A stretch of DNA of 62,978 nt, filler included, from Basidiobolus meristosporus CBS 931.73 (taxonomy: Eukaryota > Fungi > Basidiobolomycota), in assembly GCA_002104905.1 (NCBI GenBank). It is 3 parts of 3 records of this genome, joined end to end, with 100 filler letters (N's around TTAATTAATTAA, not from the genome) between each part and the next. Parts side by side here need not be neighbours in the genome. Positions count along the whole stretch, not along the records: positions 42,949 to 62,978 come from MCFE01001014.1; 2 more parts are not named here. The stretch is one strand, 5' to 3'. Positions 46,801-57,700 of this stretch are shown one piece after another; within the stretch, counting starts at the first letter, position 1; each line of letters opens with the position of its first letter. Below the pieces are notes generated by a model that made no database searches, was not told the origin of the DNA, and was given only the letters and a program-made list of their open reading frames with translations. The translations under genes and the position numbers were made by a program.

Positions 46801-48517
46801 GGATACTCTCAAACAAAAGGACTTGACTATACTGAGACCTTTGCACCGGTAGCCAAGTTTAATTCCATCAGATTAATATTGGCTATTGCAGCCAAATATA
46901 AGTTTTTTATTCATCAAATGGATGTAAAAACTGCATTTTTGAATGGAGAACTTGATGAGGACGTGTATATGGACCAGCCTGATGGTTTTGTTGACCAAGA
47001 TAACCCCCATTTGGTCTGCAAGCTTAAAAAGTCACTATATGGTCTCAAACAATCACCAAGAGCCTGGAATTGCAAGATAGATTCTTATTTGGAATCTTTG
47101 AGTTTCAAAAGGAGTAATGCTGACTATAGTATATACTATAAGCCAGATAGAGCAAATCCAGTTCTATTAGCTCTATATGTGGATGATCTTATTATAGCCG
47201 CCAATAACCTAGAAACATTGGAAGAGACTAAATCCAGCCTATCTAAGGAGTTCAAGATGTCCGATCTAGGAGAACTTAGTTACTACTTAGGGATTAAGTT
47301 CTCCATAGACAGAAGTACCCAGACTATTACCCTAAGCCAATCCAAGTATATTCAAGATATACTAAAGAAGTACAAAATGGAAGACTGTAAACCGGCAGCT
47401 ACCCCAATGGAGACAAACCTTAACTTGGTCAAAACTCAACCAAATCAAGAGAGCTTGGTGCCATCTGAAAGCCCTGACTTTCCTTATCAATCTATGGTCG
47501 GCAGTCTGATGTATATCATGCTTGGAACACGTCCAGATATCTCATATTCAGTGGGAGTTGTCAGCCAACATAATCAGAATTATGGATCTGATCATATTGC
47601 AGCAGTTAAGCGGATTTTTAGATACCTAAAAGGAACTGCTGATATCTGTTTAAGATACACTTATAAGGATTCAGAACAGGATCTTGTGGGATACTCTGAT
47701 GCTGATTGGGGACAAAATTTAGAAGACAGAAGATCCACCACAGGATACACCTTTCTTTACTGTAAAGGAGCCATTTCATGGAATTCAAGAAAGCAACCAA
47801 CCGTAGCACTTTCTACTACAGAGGCAGAGTATATGGCAGCCTGTGAAGCTACAAAAGAAGCAATGTGGTTAAGAAAGCTCTTTACAGATTTAGGCCTATG
47901 TCAAAAAACGCCTATTACTTTATTTCAAGATAATCAAGGATGTATACAATTAGGTAGAAATCCAACTTTTCATGCTAGAACCAAGCACATAGATATTAGA
48001 CATCATTTCATACGTGAAGCTATAGAGAATAACTTAGTTAGCTTAGTTTACTGTCCTACAGATGAAATGATTGCAGACATATTTACCAAACCATTAGCTA
48101 GAGACAAGTTTGAATATCTTAGGTCAAAATTAGGACTAGTCAGTATGAACATTTAGCTGAGTGGGAGTGTTGTAAAAATTCGTATTTTCCACCTAAATAT
48201 TCACCTAACTTAGTCACTTAGATCATCATCTTCAAATCCTAGAGAATACTGACCAAATTCCTTGTCGGGATTTACTTAGAATATTTTTACCAAAATACCA
48301 GGTACCCAGAACATGAAAATTCTCAAAGTTGTCCAAACAGCCCCAAACTTTGCACACATGTTCTTGGGACCTTCCTTAACCTATTCTACGTGTTTGTAAT
48401 GCCAAGACCATGTAAAAGTATAAATACTACTTTTACATTCAATAAATCATTAAGTGAAAACCACATAATCTACTTGTTCTCCCAATCACTTCCAATATCT
48501 CCAAGACTCTTACAACA
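43831..48517 (+). mobile_element. Complete young Ty1/copia element, copy 2 (4687 bp; TSD CTTTG)
   Basis: Identical 350-bp LTRs 43831-44180 and 48168-48517, CTTTG at 43826-43830 and 48518-48522, PBS 44181-44192, PPT 48155-48167, intact ORF. Confidence 0.98.
44185..48156 (+). CDS. Gag-Pol polyprotein of copy 2 (about 99% identical to copy 1)
   Basis: Same motifs as 11012-14983; about 10 amino-acid differences over the 1367-codon frames by eye. Confidence 0.97.
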   Translation: MSPELSLSAMSTTAITGIFPSAEKLDGSNYQVWKVKMKMLLQERGLWDIVMGEECPPKNVGEEALKYQKKEQSAFNCICLNVKDKLLIQCSRAKTAKNAWKALEDTYQSCSAAKKMYLRRKFFTTKMLPGEEMKNLINRITLLVDEMESVGVPTTDEDVIVTILNSLTDEFQGLVSALESRTEDLTLNYVYGRLLDEELRKSSANKKEEENALISNDNQQRRYPRPYKGNSNLFCNYCKRKGHTSDRCFKKRDYQQKKPEYGNAATTEDRLFISALNMTTNKDSQTWYIDSGASQHFTHQKELFTQYQEIPIKKVFMGDDRTLDAVGEGTIQVNLRSSEGSHTLIFKEVLYVPEIAKNLLSVSKATAEGLSFSFDNSGCRITDQNGAHIASGIRDQNLYKLTYIPSYLEANISNLNEETPMLWHRRFGHINFDYLRKMIKDQLISGVKIDPPAILEHCEACIYGKQARQPFKSSGLIKTKKKFDLIHSDLCGPMQNLSLGGMKYLITFIDDYTRYTWVYFMERKEEALSKLREFKAMVERETGEKIKKIRSDNGGEYTSKLFIHFCKIHGIKQETTVPYSPQQNGVAERANRSIIDMARSMIHDQKLSYDFWAESVATAVYLKNRSYNRILRDSTPFEAWYGYRPSAEHLRIFGCTAYAKKLAGNQSKFEPKSVKCIFLGYCNESKAYRLYNTEAKKLIKSRDVLFDENSKFSQKMTSDDDENLISSPPIVRIESEQNNENFFTPEDSTTVVQPESVPRNIPEVIIPVSNARRSNRTRNSPNYYINEGTNLAYAYSVHVDEPQTVKEALNSPQTKFWRSAMTEEYQALMENQTWDLVKLPINRKSIGCRWVFKTKYKADGTIERYKARLVAKGYSQTKGLDYTETFAPVAKFNSIRLILAIAAKYKFFIHQMDVKTAFLNGELDEDVYMDQPDGFVDQDNPHLVCKLKKSLYGLKQSPRAWNCKIDSYLESLSFKRSNADYSIYYKPDRANPVLLALYVDDLIIAANNLETLEETKSSLSKEFKMSDLGELSYYLGIKFSIDRSTQTITLSQSKYIQDILKKYKMEDCKPAATPMETNLNLVKTQPNQESLVPSESPDFPYQSMVGSLMYIMLGTRPDISYSVGVVSQHNQNYGSDHIAAVKRIFRYLKGTADICLRYTYKDSEQDLVGYSDADWGQNLEDRRSTTGYTFLYCKGAISWNSRKQPTVALSTTEAEYMAACEATKEAMWLRKLFTDLGLCQKTPITLFQDNQGCIQLGRNPTFHARTKHIDIRHHFIREAIENNLVSLVYCPTDEMIADIFTKPLARDKFEYLRSKLGLVSMNI

Positions 48518-48639
48518 CTTTGTAGGTAAAGTGGTTAGATGCTCAAAAGTGAGATTATGACATCTGACAATCCTTGTTTGTTGTCATCCTACTGCAAGTT
48601 TGAATTTTGGTAATTATCAGACTATGCTATTCAACATTG

Positions 48640-50800
48640 GGACTACATTGATCAACAAGATTCCTGTATGAATAACAAAAATGCCTCCCTAGTTGGTGCA
48701 GCAGTCATATTGTTGCTACATACACTCTACAAGAAAATCTATGATTCTGGCACTTTATTTTTACTGGGAATTTTTATGCCCCAAGCCCTTACCACTGCCA
48801 GAACACATTAATATTGGCTTCATTATGGCAATAGATGTGCACTGCGGCCATCCAAGCATACCCCATGCAGGGAAGGTGCAAGCTTTGATGGAGAAAACAG
48901 CCATTGGTAATGTATATAGAAGTATGGATACAGGTTGTCACAGTGGATTGACAGAGTTGGGGATATGAGTGCTCCACCAGGCAACAGGACTTATACATGT
49001 GTCTTAGTGGTCATGCTTTAGCCCAGTCATGTTGAAATCAAGAGCAATTGGTGAGAGATCCAGAGTAGGGAAAGTGCCCACATGGAGTTTTGGTTTATTT
49101 TGGAATCCATTGAGCTTATGGTTTCTAATCACCACTGAGTCTTGAAGATCTAGGGATGACTATCTTAGCAAGAGTCACCATTGCTTATACAAGCCAAGCT
49201 ACTGGTTTGGCCTCTCTGACATCTGGAAAGGCAGGCAGTAGTATCTCTGGAGCATGTATCCCTGCAACCATTTTCAGCTTTGGCATAAAAAAATTCTGCC
49301 CATCTTTCTCCCTGATACCCCTAACAAAGTAAAGCTTGTGAAAATGGAAAGCTTAGGCTGTGTAGTAAGCTCTCAACTGTATCATACTATGCCAATCCAA
49401 TGCTTGATTCAATGCTTTACTAGAGATTGAAGTACTTATGTACCAAGCTTGACAAGTACAAGTCCAATTCAAGCTCTGACAACTCATTAATTGATTTAGT
49501 AGGTACTATTGCCAGAAGAGAGAGAGGTGTTACTGCACAGTCATTGATTGTGAAGGGGTGCATTGCCCTGATGGCTACAAGAGTTATATTCCAGTCCAGA
49601 GCAGTACTCTTCCTGATGGTTAGCTTTCTGTAAGGATTACTATATATATGGGATGCCTTTGGATTATATTACAGGTCACCATCTCAAGTTATAGAATTTT
49701 GTAAATCAGATATGATAGTGGACACACATAGTGGTGCTTATATATTATTGTACATGAGAGGCATATTCCATTCTGTCTTAGCCATCAGATAGAGTATTTG
49801 CACCTTATGTCTTAGCTCTGAGTGCCTAAGCTACAAATAGCTATTCAGCTACACTGATGTTGAATGATGTTTTGAATTCAAGGATACTAATGCACTCTGC
49901 ACACTTATTATTCAGCCCGCTTTGCATGGAAGATTACATTGCACAATGTCTGCAATTAGAAATGAGCATTTTCCACACTTATTTGACAACAAGCACATGG
50001 GTATAGTTGGCAATATTCAAGTTCATGTACTCTTTTTGCAAAATATGAGAAAATTTTGAATGATATTGAAGGCATCATTGACCAGAGTGCCCTCATAATT
50101 CACACTTTGAAGTGAAACCTACACTGTATATTCTTGGTACTAGGAGGCAAAGTAGCAAATGGTGAGGCACCCAGGATAAATCAATCTAGCCTGCATAAAG
50201 CTAATTGAGTAGGATCAAGAAGGCAATTTAAATGGGCAAATAAGCATGAGACTCCACTAGCTAGTCATGCAGCTCACCTTCCTCTTGCTAGTTTGTGTCA
50301 TTACTTTGTTGCAAGCCATTTCTGTTACCATACTTTGTGACTCCTAGGTAGGCTACAACAATGAGTCATGAGTCAGACAACTTGATTCTTATTATCAGGA
50401 CACTTTGGTCCCCTGCCAAGAATACTAGCCATCAATTGAGGATGGGGATGATTGAGTAAGCCAATGCAAACAAGCAAGACTTTGGGTAAGCAGCCAGGAT
50501 TTGATATTTCCAATTCTCAACCATCCCATGCCTTGTCCAACTCAAACCAGTTTGACCAAGCGCAAGTTGTTGATCAAACCCTCTGGTAGCCACAAATTAT
50601 TGTTACTCAGCTGGCAGTAGAGGAGGGTACTTAGAGTGCTCATTGCCACTTCAAGGTTAGATATTTCAGTGGAAACAGACATTAAGTCTGGTAAAAGTAA
50701 ATTTACAAAATAAAATGAGTAACATATGACTAGTTATAGTCAAGCATTTGCTGCTATGTACACACAGGAATAACATCCCTTATTGTGGTAAATGATGGCA
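48640..50800. repeat. Unclassified decayed repeat-like DNA
   Basis: No long ORF; only about 3 CpG seen in about 2.2 kb. Confidence 0.35.
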
Positions 50801-52018
50801 TTATTTGCGCTGAAGAGAAATATGGGCAGCTGTGATAGAACCCTAGATTTACACTGAGGCCAACATTCCGGTGCATGTGTTTTACACGTTACAGGTACAC
50901 ACTTGTATTAGTATCATAATTGTGGGCGTGAGTATTAGATATTCGCTTACATACCCGCTTACATACTAAAATATCAAGCCTCAGTCCTGAATAATTCTGA
51001 CCTTCACCGAAAATGATGATATTAGAGAGAATAGTTAAACTCCATTGTAATATCCATGACAGTGTCACACGTTTGATCGCAAATATCCGAGATTGATGCT
51101 CTGCATGATAGCACCATTAGTAACTCGATTGTTGTGTTATACTCAGCATTACTGCATGTCACTGATATGGTTCAATATCCCGTTGATCCTTGCCACTGGC
51201 TTTTTAACTGGATGTTACTTAACATTTGTACTTCTCATCAGTGCCAAAGAGTAGTTACTAAATATTCCTGTTTGTAGTATCCGATAATGCAATATTTAGT
51301 GAGGCTAGCTAAATAATCTATGGTCTGCTACATTAATACAAAGATGCCAAGTGTATCAACTATGTGGATGCATATTTCTATGTATCTTTCTGTACATATC
51401 ATTAACTCATGGACCATTATACCAGCTTTTTGCACGTATTAAGCACCAATGGGCAATCCAGTTAAGTAATCAAACAAAGTTAGTGTTAATAAAGCACTAG
51501 TCAATGTTGCTATCCATATTTATTGGAAACAGTCGGTGGATTCCATTAAAAATGGGAGAAAATAGAGAAACGTGGTGCTACCTTGTGATTCATGAAAGCG
51601 GGCAGTGCAATGACCAGGCGACGAAGGGTTAGGTATGAAGCATACAGTTGTATTCGATAAGCAACTACACTAAACTGCAAAAGAAATGTATCAATACTTA
51701 CCGTGGGACATTGTGAATCATGGCAAAAAAATGTCGACAAAGTGACTCATACTACGACTTTTCAAGCATGGGCTTGCAGCGTGCACACAGGAATGGCACT
51801 TACTTTACGTAGGTTGTTATTTCATAGTCATTATGATGTTCATCAGAAATATATATATATTGCCATCGATTTCCTTTTCTCCAAAGTTATGGGATTAGGC
51901 CACAAAATCGAGGGAGAATTTTCTCCTTTATTGACATCATCTGCCTAGTATTTCTATCAATCGATCCAAGCCCTTTATTGTGGCATCCTCTGTGCTCCTC
52001 ACGTGATACGCCGAATCA

Positions 52019-52993
52019 CTAAAACCAGTCATTACCACCAAGATGCCAAACCGCCAGTTGCTTGACACCAAGATTTTCGAGCACTGTTCGTTTGACATTC
52101 AAAGAGTGTTGGTCGTTGATGACATAAACAAGTCCGTCCACCTTCTTCACTATCTCAGCGGAGAGAGGGTCACGTCGACCGCCCGCATATCCACCACGGT
52201 CCTTGACTTGGTCGAGGGTCAAGTTCTTGAACTCGTACTCATCCTCCACAGCACAATAACTGTAGGAAGGTATACCGATCACCAACCGGTTGTTGGGAAT
52301 GATCTTGCTGATAGTAATTGTCCACCGTTTCAGCCAAGCCAGTGGGCAAATGGGCTGACCACCACCGTGGTCCCATTGGTAGTCGTAGATCATAGGGGTT
52401 ATATAATCGACGGGCAAGGGCACGAAATCTTCATACCTCCACTGTAGAGGACAGTGGTCGGTAGTCCACACCGGTGCGCAGATGGCAAGCTTTTTGCCGA
52501 GGGAATGGAGTCTAGCGCCAAGGCTAGAAAGGAAGGCTTTGTAACCGGCGTAATCTTCGCCAGTCCACTTTCCGTAGCTCTCAAAGTCAATGTCGACGCC
52601 GGTTAACTGGTGCTCAGTCACGAAGTCCACCAGTATGTTGACGGCGGTAGAGAGAATCGCCTCGTCGCTGGTCAGAGCCCGGAGCCCAGCCACATGACCA
52701 GCCACAGTTACAAGTTGCTCGGTAGAATACTGTTTCAGCTCCCGGACGTTCTCTTCGGAGAAGCCGTTTTGCGTATCGAAGAGCTCGTCCGGGTCTTCGT
52801 CAATCCGTTCTAACTGACCTGTGGTCAATAAGTTGAAATACTGCACCCGTAGGACATCAATCTTGTGTCTCTTGTAAGTAGCGGGCGCGTCCTGTCCTGG
52901 AGCACCGTAATAGATCCAGGCGTGAAGCTTTAGGGCCGTGGAGCTGGGTGCGCGATGACCCAAATTTTTAAAGGCCTTCTTGATGGCAAACAT
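52019..52993 (-). CDS. Glycoside hydrolase family 18 (chitinase-like) protein, intronless, no signal peptide
   Basis: GVDIDFE (DxDxE), MIYDYQ, VIGIPSYSY, C-terminal AVWHLGGNDWF; TATAAA at 53027-53022 on the minus strand. Confidence 0.85.
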   Translation of the reverse strand: MFAIKKAFKNLGHRAPSSTALKLHAWIYYGAPGQDAPATYKRHKIDVLRVQYFNLLTTGQLERIDEDPDELFDTQNGFSEENVRELKQYSTEQLVTVAGHVAGLRALTSDEAILSTAVNILVDFVTEHQLTGVDIDFESYGKWTGEDYAGYKAFLSSLGARLHSLGKKLAICAPVWTTDHCPLQWRYEDFVPLPVDYITPMIYDYQWDHGGGQPICPLAWLKRWTITISKIIPNNRLVIGIPSYSYCAVEDEYEFKNLTLDQVKDRGGYAGGRRDPLSAEIVKKVDGLVYVINDQHSLNVKRTVLENLGVKQLAVWHLGGNDWF

Positions 52994-53181
52994 GGCTTGA
53001 CCCACCCCTCATACAAAGGGATTTATAAGGATTTACGCCACACACGAGTTCCTAATATATATATCGAATGTGGGCGGTGGACTATGTTGGTGGATGGACT
53101 ATATTTATTCTCAGGTGCTAGAATGATTGATACTGCTTACGGATTGACTGCTAAAATACTCATCCTATATTGTAAAATTGA

Positions 53182-53253
53182 TGCCTACTGCCAGGATTGA
53201 ACTGGCGACCTTCAGTTTACGAGACTGACGCGCTACCACTGCGCTAAGCAGGC
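53182..53253 (-). tRNA. tRNA-Thr(CGT)
   Basis: GCCTGCT/AGTAGGC acceptor stem, anticodon arm TCAGT-CTCGTAA-ACTGA, GTTCAATC T-loop; 72 nt, no intron. Confidence 0.93.
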
Positions 53254-53489
53254 CAATGTCCGAGGTGTGTAAACTTTGAAAATCATATTATTAACTATGT
53301 CCAGCTAGAGGAGGTCAACTACTCTTGGATATATGTGGGAAGGAGAAGCTTAGAATAGTACCTTTGGTTTATGCCTTTATCATTATAGGAAATCCGGTTC
53401 TTGGAGTATTCTGATGTATCTGGTTAAATAGATTTTCTTTCAATGAAACCTGGTGAAGTGTGGGCAGAAATTTCATTATTTACTGCACC

Positions 53490-53730
53490 CAACAAGGAAT
53501 TTGGTCAGAGTTCTCTAAGATTTTTAGATTATGATCTAAGTATCTAACTTGAGTGAATATTTAGGTGAAGTTGCAAAATTTGCAATTGGTTATATTGTTT
53601 CACCAGGTGATTTATGGAGAATATTGGTAGTATTTGTGCTTGACATGGTCCTGAAACTATAAGCTCATACAATGTGCTTGCAAGTACCCCCCAACAAAAT
53701 TTGGGGACCTTTGGACAACTCAGAAGTTTC
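53490..53730 (-). mobile_element. Decayed LTR fragments (host of the solo LTR)
   Basis: 53490-53585 matches LTR U3; 53700-53730 and 54084 onward match the ttggacaact...agaattttc/atgttct segment. Confidence 0.55.
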
Positions 53731-54078
53731 TGTTGTAAGAGTCTTGGAGATATTGGAAGTGATTGGGAGAACAAGTAGATTATGTGGTTTTTGCTTGATG
53801 ATTTATTGAATGTAAAAGTAGTATTTATACTTTTACCTGATCTTGGCATTGAAAACATATAGAATAGGTTCAGGAAGGTCCCAAGAGCATGTGTGCAAAG
53901 TTTGGGGCTGCTTGGAATATTTTCACCAAAATATCAGGTACCCAGATCCTGAAAATTTGATAAGCTGTCCAAGTAAATCCTGACAAGGGATTTGGTCAGT
54001 ATTCTCTAGGATTTGAAGGTAATGATCTAAGTGACTAAGTTAGGTGAATATTTAGGTGGAATTCCGAATTTTACCACA
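53731..54078 (-). mobile_element. Solo LTR (348 bp) with an internal inversion; near-TSD gtttc/gtctc
   Basis: tgttgtaaga...ttaccaca, aligns to the family LTR along its length apart from 53911-53973. Confidence 0.9.
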
Positions 54079-54750
54079 GTCTCATGTTCTTAGTTCTTGC
54101 CATTTTATTTGGAGTATAAAAGCTACAAATAATAACACTCAGAAGTTATGATCCAGGTGAGCCAGTTTGATATTTGAGCTGAGGCGGGGTATAATAAAGG
54201 TCAAAGATTAAATTGATGTAAATACTTTGGTATCAGTACACACATTGATGGCTTTGGCAAACTAATTCAATCATATCAAACGGGTACTAAAGGTCCAATA
54301 ATTCCAAGGCCTCCAATCTCGACTGATAGATTCAGGTGGCTAATATCTCAGAGCACTGTATTCTGCAATAGAAGAATTTTGTTCAATTACTAACCTTGCA
54401 TCATCTTATATATTGTTACACATAGGCAACCGCAGTGCTAGTTGAAACCCAATCTCTGTGCCGCAATCCCAGAGCGTATATGGTGATTGATTAGAAATGA
54501 TTCTCCATACGGTGGAGTAAGACCCTACAATAGTGAGCCTATACGTGTTCTTCCAATTGAACAACATGCGTGAGAAAATTGGGATTTTTGTAATTGTTGA
54601 TTCAACAACTTAAACACCGCTAAATTCCACAGATAAAAGATAAATTCGGTTTAATCCTAAATCTTCATATAGGAGATTAAATTTAATCATTATTCAAAGT
54701 AACGTGATTTAGCATGAAATCACTTTTTTTTAATGTGCTCATCCACATAG

Positions 54751-57700
54751 ATGGGGGCTGATAACTTGGAAGCCAACTTATCTGTCATGTCGGATATTGA
54801 TATTGATGCACAAATCAAGGCACAACAAGCCGAACGTGAGGCTCGTTTGAAAGAGCAAAAACAATCCACACAGGCTTCCTTGGTCGGCGACATCGCATAT
54901 GACACCGATCTCTATGGTAGTTCTAATAAATACGCTGGCTACGAAACCAGTCTTCCAGTGAATGAGATAGACGACGAAGAACAAGTAAGAAAACCAAAAA
55001 GTCTTTTATCTTCATACACAGCACCTAAAGAGATCTATGAAGAATTAGCTGGCGTTGGGGACGATGAAACCGATCCTTTCGAGGGTCGCAACGGCAGCAA
55101 AAAAATTGTTGATCGTGAGGATGAGTACCATGCTCGCAGGTTCAATCGCGCGCTCTCTCCAGAGCGCATTGATGCCTTTTCCACCAATGGAAATACCAAC
55201 TCGGAAGCTAGAAGCTACGCGGAAGCTATGAAGCAGGTGGAGCTGGAAAAAGAGGAACAAAGAGTGAGGAGGAAAATCGCGGAGAAGGGGAAAGAAGCGG
55301 AGGCCAATGGCCAAGAGATTGAGCCCCAACAGCCTGCTAAAAGAAGACGTTGGGATGTTGATGCACCAAGCAACGAGTCTCGTTCCGAGTGGGAAAAGCC
55401 AGATGAGGAAGAGAAGACTGAACCCAAAAAAAGCAAATGGGACGAAACCCCACGCGAGAGCACGCGCAGAAAGAACCGCTGGGACGAGACTCCAGTCAGC
55501 AATGCCTGGGATGCCACACCACAGTCCAGCGTCGCTGATACGCCCAGCGGTAAACGTAGATCTCGCTGGGATGAGACTCCAGTCAATGCCAACGCCTTTG
55601 GCGCCACCCCAGTTGGCAGCTATGGAATGATGACTCCTACACCAAATCAACTTGCTCAGCCCATGACTCCGGAGGCGATGAATGCGATGAGATGGGAGAA
55701 AGAAATCGACTCTAGGAATCGGCCATTGTCCGACGAGGAGCTAGATGCCATGTTCCCCACCAGCGGCTATAAGATCTTGGACCCCCCGCCAAGCTATGTT
55801 CCTATCCGAACACCTGCACGCAAGCTGACTGCCACACCCAGCCCAATGGTTGGAATGAGCGGATTCATGATGCAAGAGGAGGACAGAAGCCAAACATACG
55901 ATCTGCCCACCGAGATTCCAGGGGTTGGAAATCTCCCCTTCTTCAAACAAGAGGACATGCAGCACTTCGGAAAGCTGCTGGACAATGCTGACGAGAACGA
56001 ATTGTCGGTCGAGGAGCTCAAAGAGAGAAAGATCATGCGCCTGCTGTTGAAGATCAAGAACGGCACCCCGCCCATGCGTAAAGCAGCGCTCCGCCAGATC
56101 ACCGACAAAGCACGCGAGTTCGGTGCCGGCCCGCTCTTCAACCAAATCCTTCCTCTACTCATGTCACCTACCCTTGAAGACCAAGAGCGCCATCTTCTGG
56201 TGAAAGTCATTGATCGCATCCTTTATAAATTGGATGATCTTGTCAGACCCTTTGTCCACAAGATCCTTGTGGTCATCGAGCCACTTCTGATCGATGAAGA
56301 CTACTACGCCCGAGTGGAAGGTAGAGAAATCATCAGCAATCTTAGCAAGGCCGCAGGATTGGCGACCATGATTGCAACCATGAGACCGGACATTGATCAC
56401 GTCGATGAGTATGTTCGTAACACCACGGCCCGTGCGTTCTCGGTGGTGGCATCGGCACTCGGAATCCCAGCGCTGCTGCCCTTCTTGAAGGCGGTCTGCA
56501 AGTCCAAGAAATCCTGGCAAGCCCGCCACACCGGTATCAAGATTGTCCAGCAAATCGCCATCCTTTTGGGCTGCGCGATTCTTCCTCACCTCAAGAGCCT
56601 GGTTGACATCATCGCCCATGGTCTTGAGGATGAACAGCAGAAGGTGCGCACCATTGCCTCGTTGGCCATCGCTGCTTTGGCTGAGTCCGCCGCACCATAC
56701 GGTATCGAGTCCTTCGACTCTGTTCTCAAGCCACTTTGGACTGGCATTCGCAAGCACCGAGGCAAGGGACTTGCTGCGTTCTTGAAGGCCATCGGGTACA
56801 TCATCCCGTTGATGGACGCCGAGTACGCCAACTATTACACCAAGGAGGTGATGATCATCTTGATCCGAGAGTTCCAGTCACCCGACGAGGAGATGAAGAA
56901 GATCGTCCTCAAGGTCATCAAGCAATGTGCTTCCACCGACGGTGTAGAGGCCCGCTACATCAAAGAAGAGATCCTCCCCGAGTTCTTCAAGAACTTCTGG
57001 GTCAGAAGAATGGCCCTGGACAGACGCAACTACAAGCAGCTAGTGGAGACCACGGTTGAGCTGGCACAGAAGGTAGGGGTGACCGAGATCGTGGGCCGCA
57101 TTGTCGAGGACCTCAAGGATGAGTCGGAGCCCTACAGAAAGATGGTCATGGAGGCGATCGAGAAGGTGATTAGCGCGCTGGGTGCTGCGGATATCGACAC
57201 CCGCCTGGAGGAGATCTTGATCGATGGTATCCTCTACGCCTTCCAAGAACAAACGGTGGAGGATGTTGTGATGTTGAACGGATTCGGCACGGTGGTCAAT
57301 GCATTGGGAATGCGCGTTCAGCTCTATCTTCAGCAGATCTGTTCCACCATCCTCTGGCGTTTGAACAACAAATCCGCCAAGGTTCGCCAACAAGCAGCAG
57401 ATCTGATTTCCCGTATCGCGGTGGTGATGAAGACGTGCGGTGAAGAGAAGCTGATGGGACAGCTTGGTATCGTGCTGTACGAATATCTCGGTGAAGAGTA
57501 CCCCGAAGTACTCGGCTCCATCCTCGGCGCACTCAAGTCCATCGTGAATGTGATTGGAATGTCAAGCATGACTCCACCTATCAAGGACCTCCTTCCCCGC
57601 CTCACGCCCATTCTGAGAAACAGACACGAGAAAGTGCAGGAGAACTGCATTGATCTGGTTGGCCGTATTGCGGATAGGGGGGCGGAGTTTGTTAGTGCGC

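Larger units (their letters stand above)
43250..48640 (-). mobile_element. Old, diverged copia relative (IN/PR remnants) that hosts the young copy 2
   Basis: 43250-43830 and 48518-48640 align, with indels, to the minus-strand IN-PR region at about 7530-8480 and are continuous across the insertion. Confidence 0.8.

Noticed and set aside
51000-51750. Stop-riddled hydrophobic reading frame with a GTAAGT donor on the minus strand (possible pseudogene)
   Set aside because: No recognisable homology; AT-rich DNA readily gives such frames.
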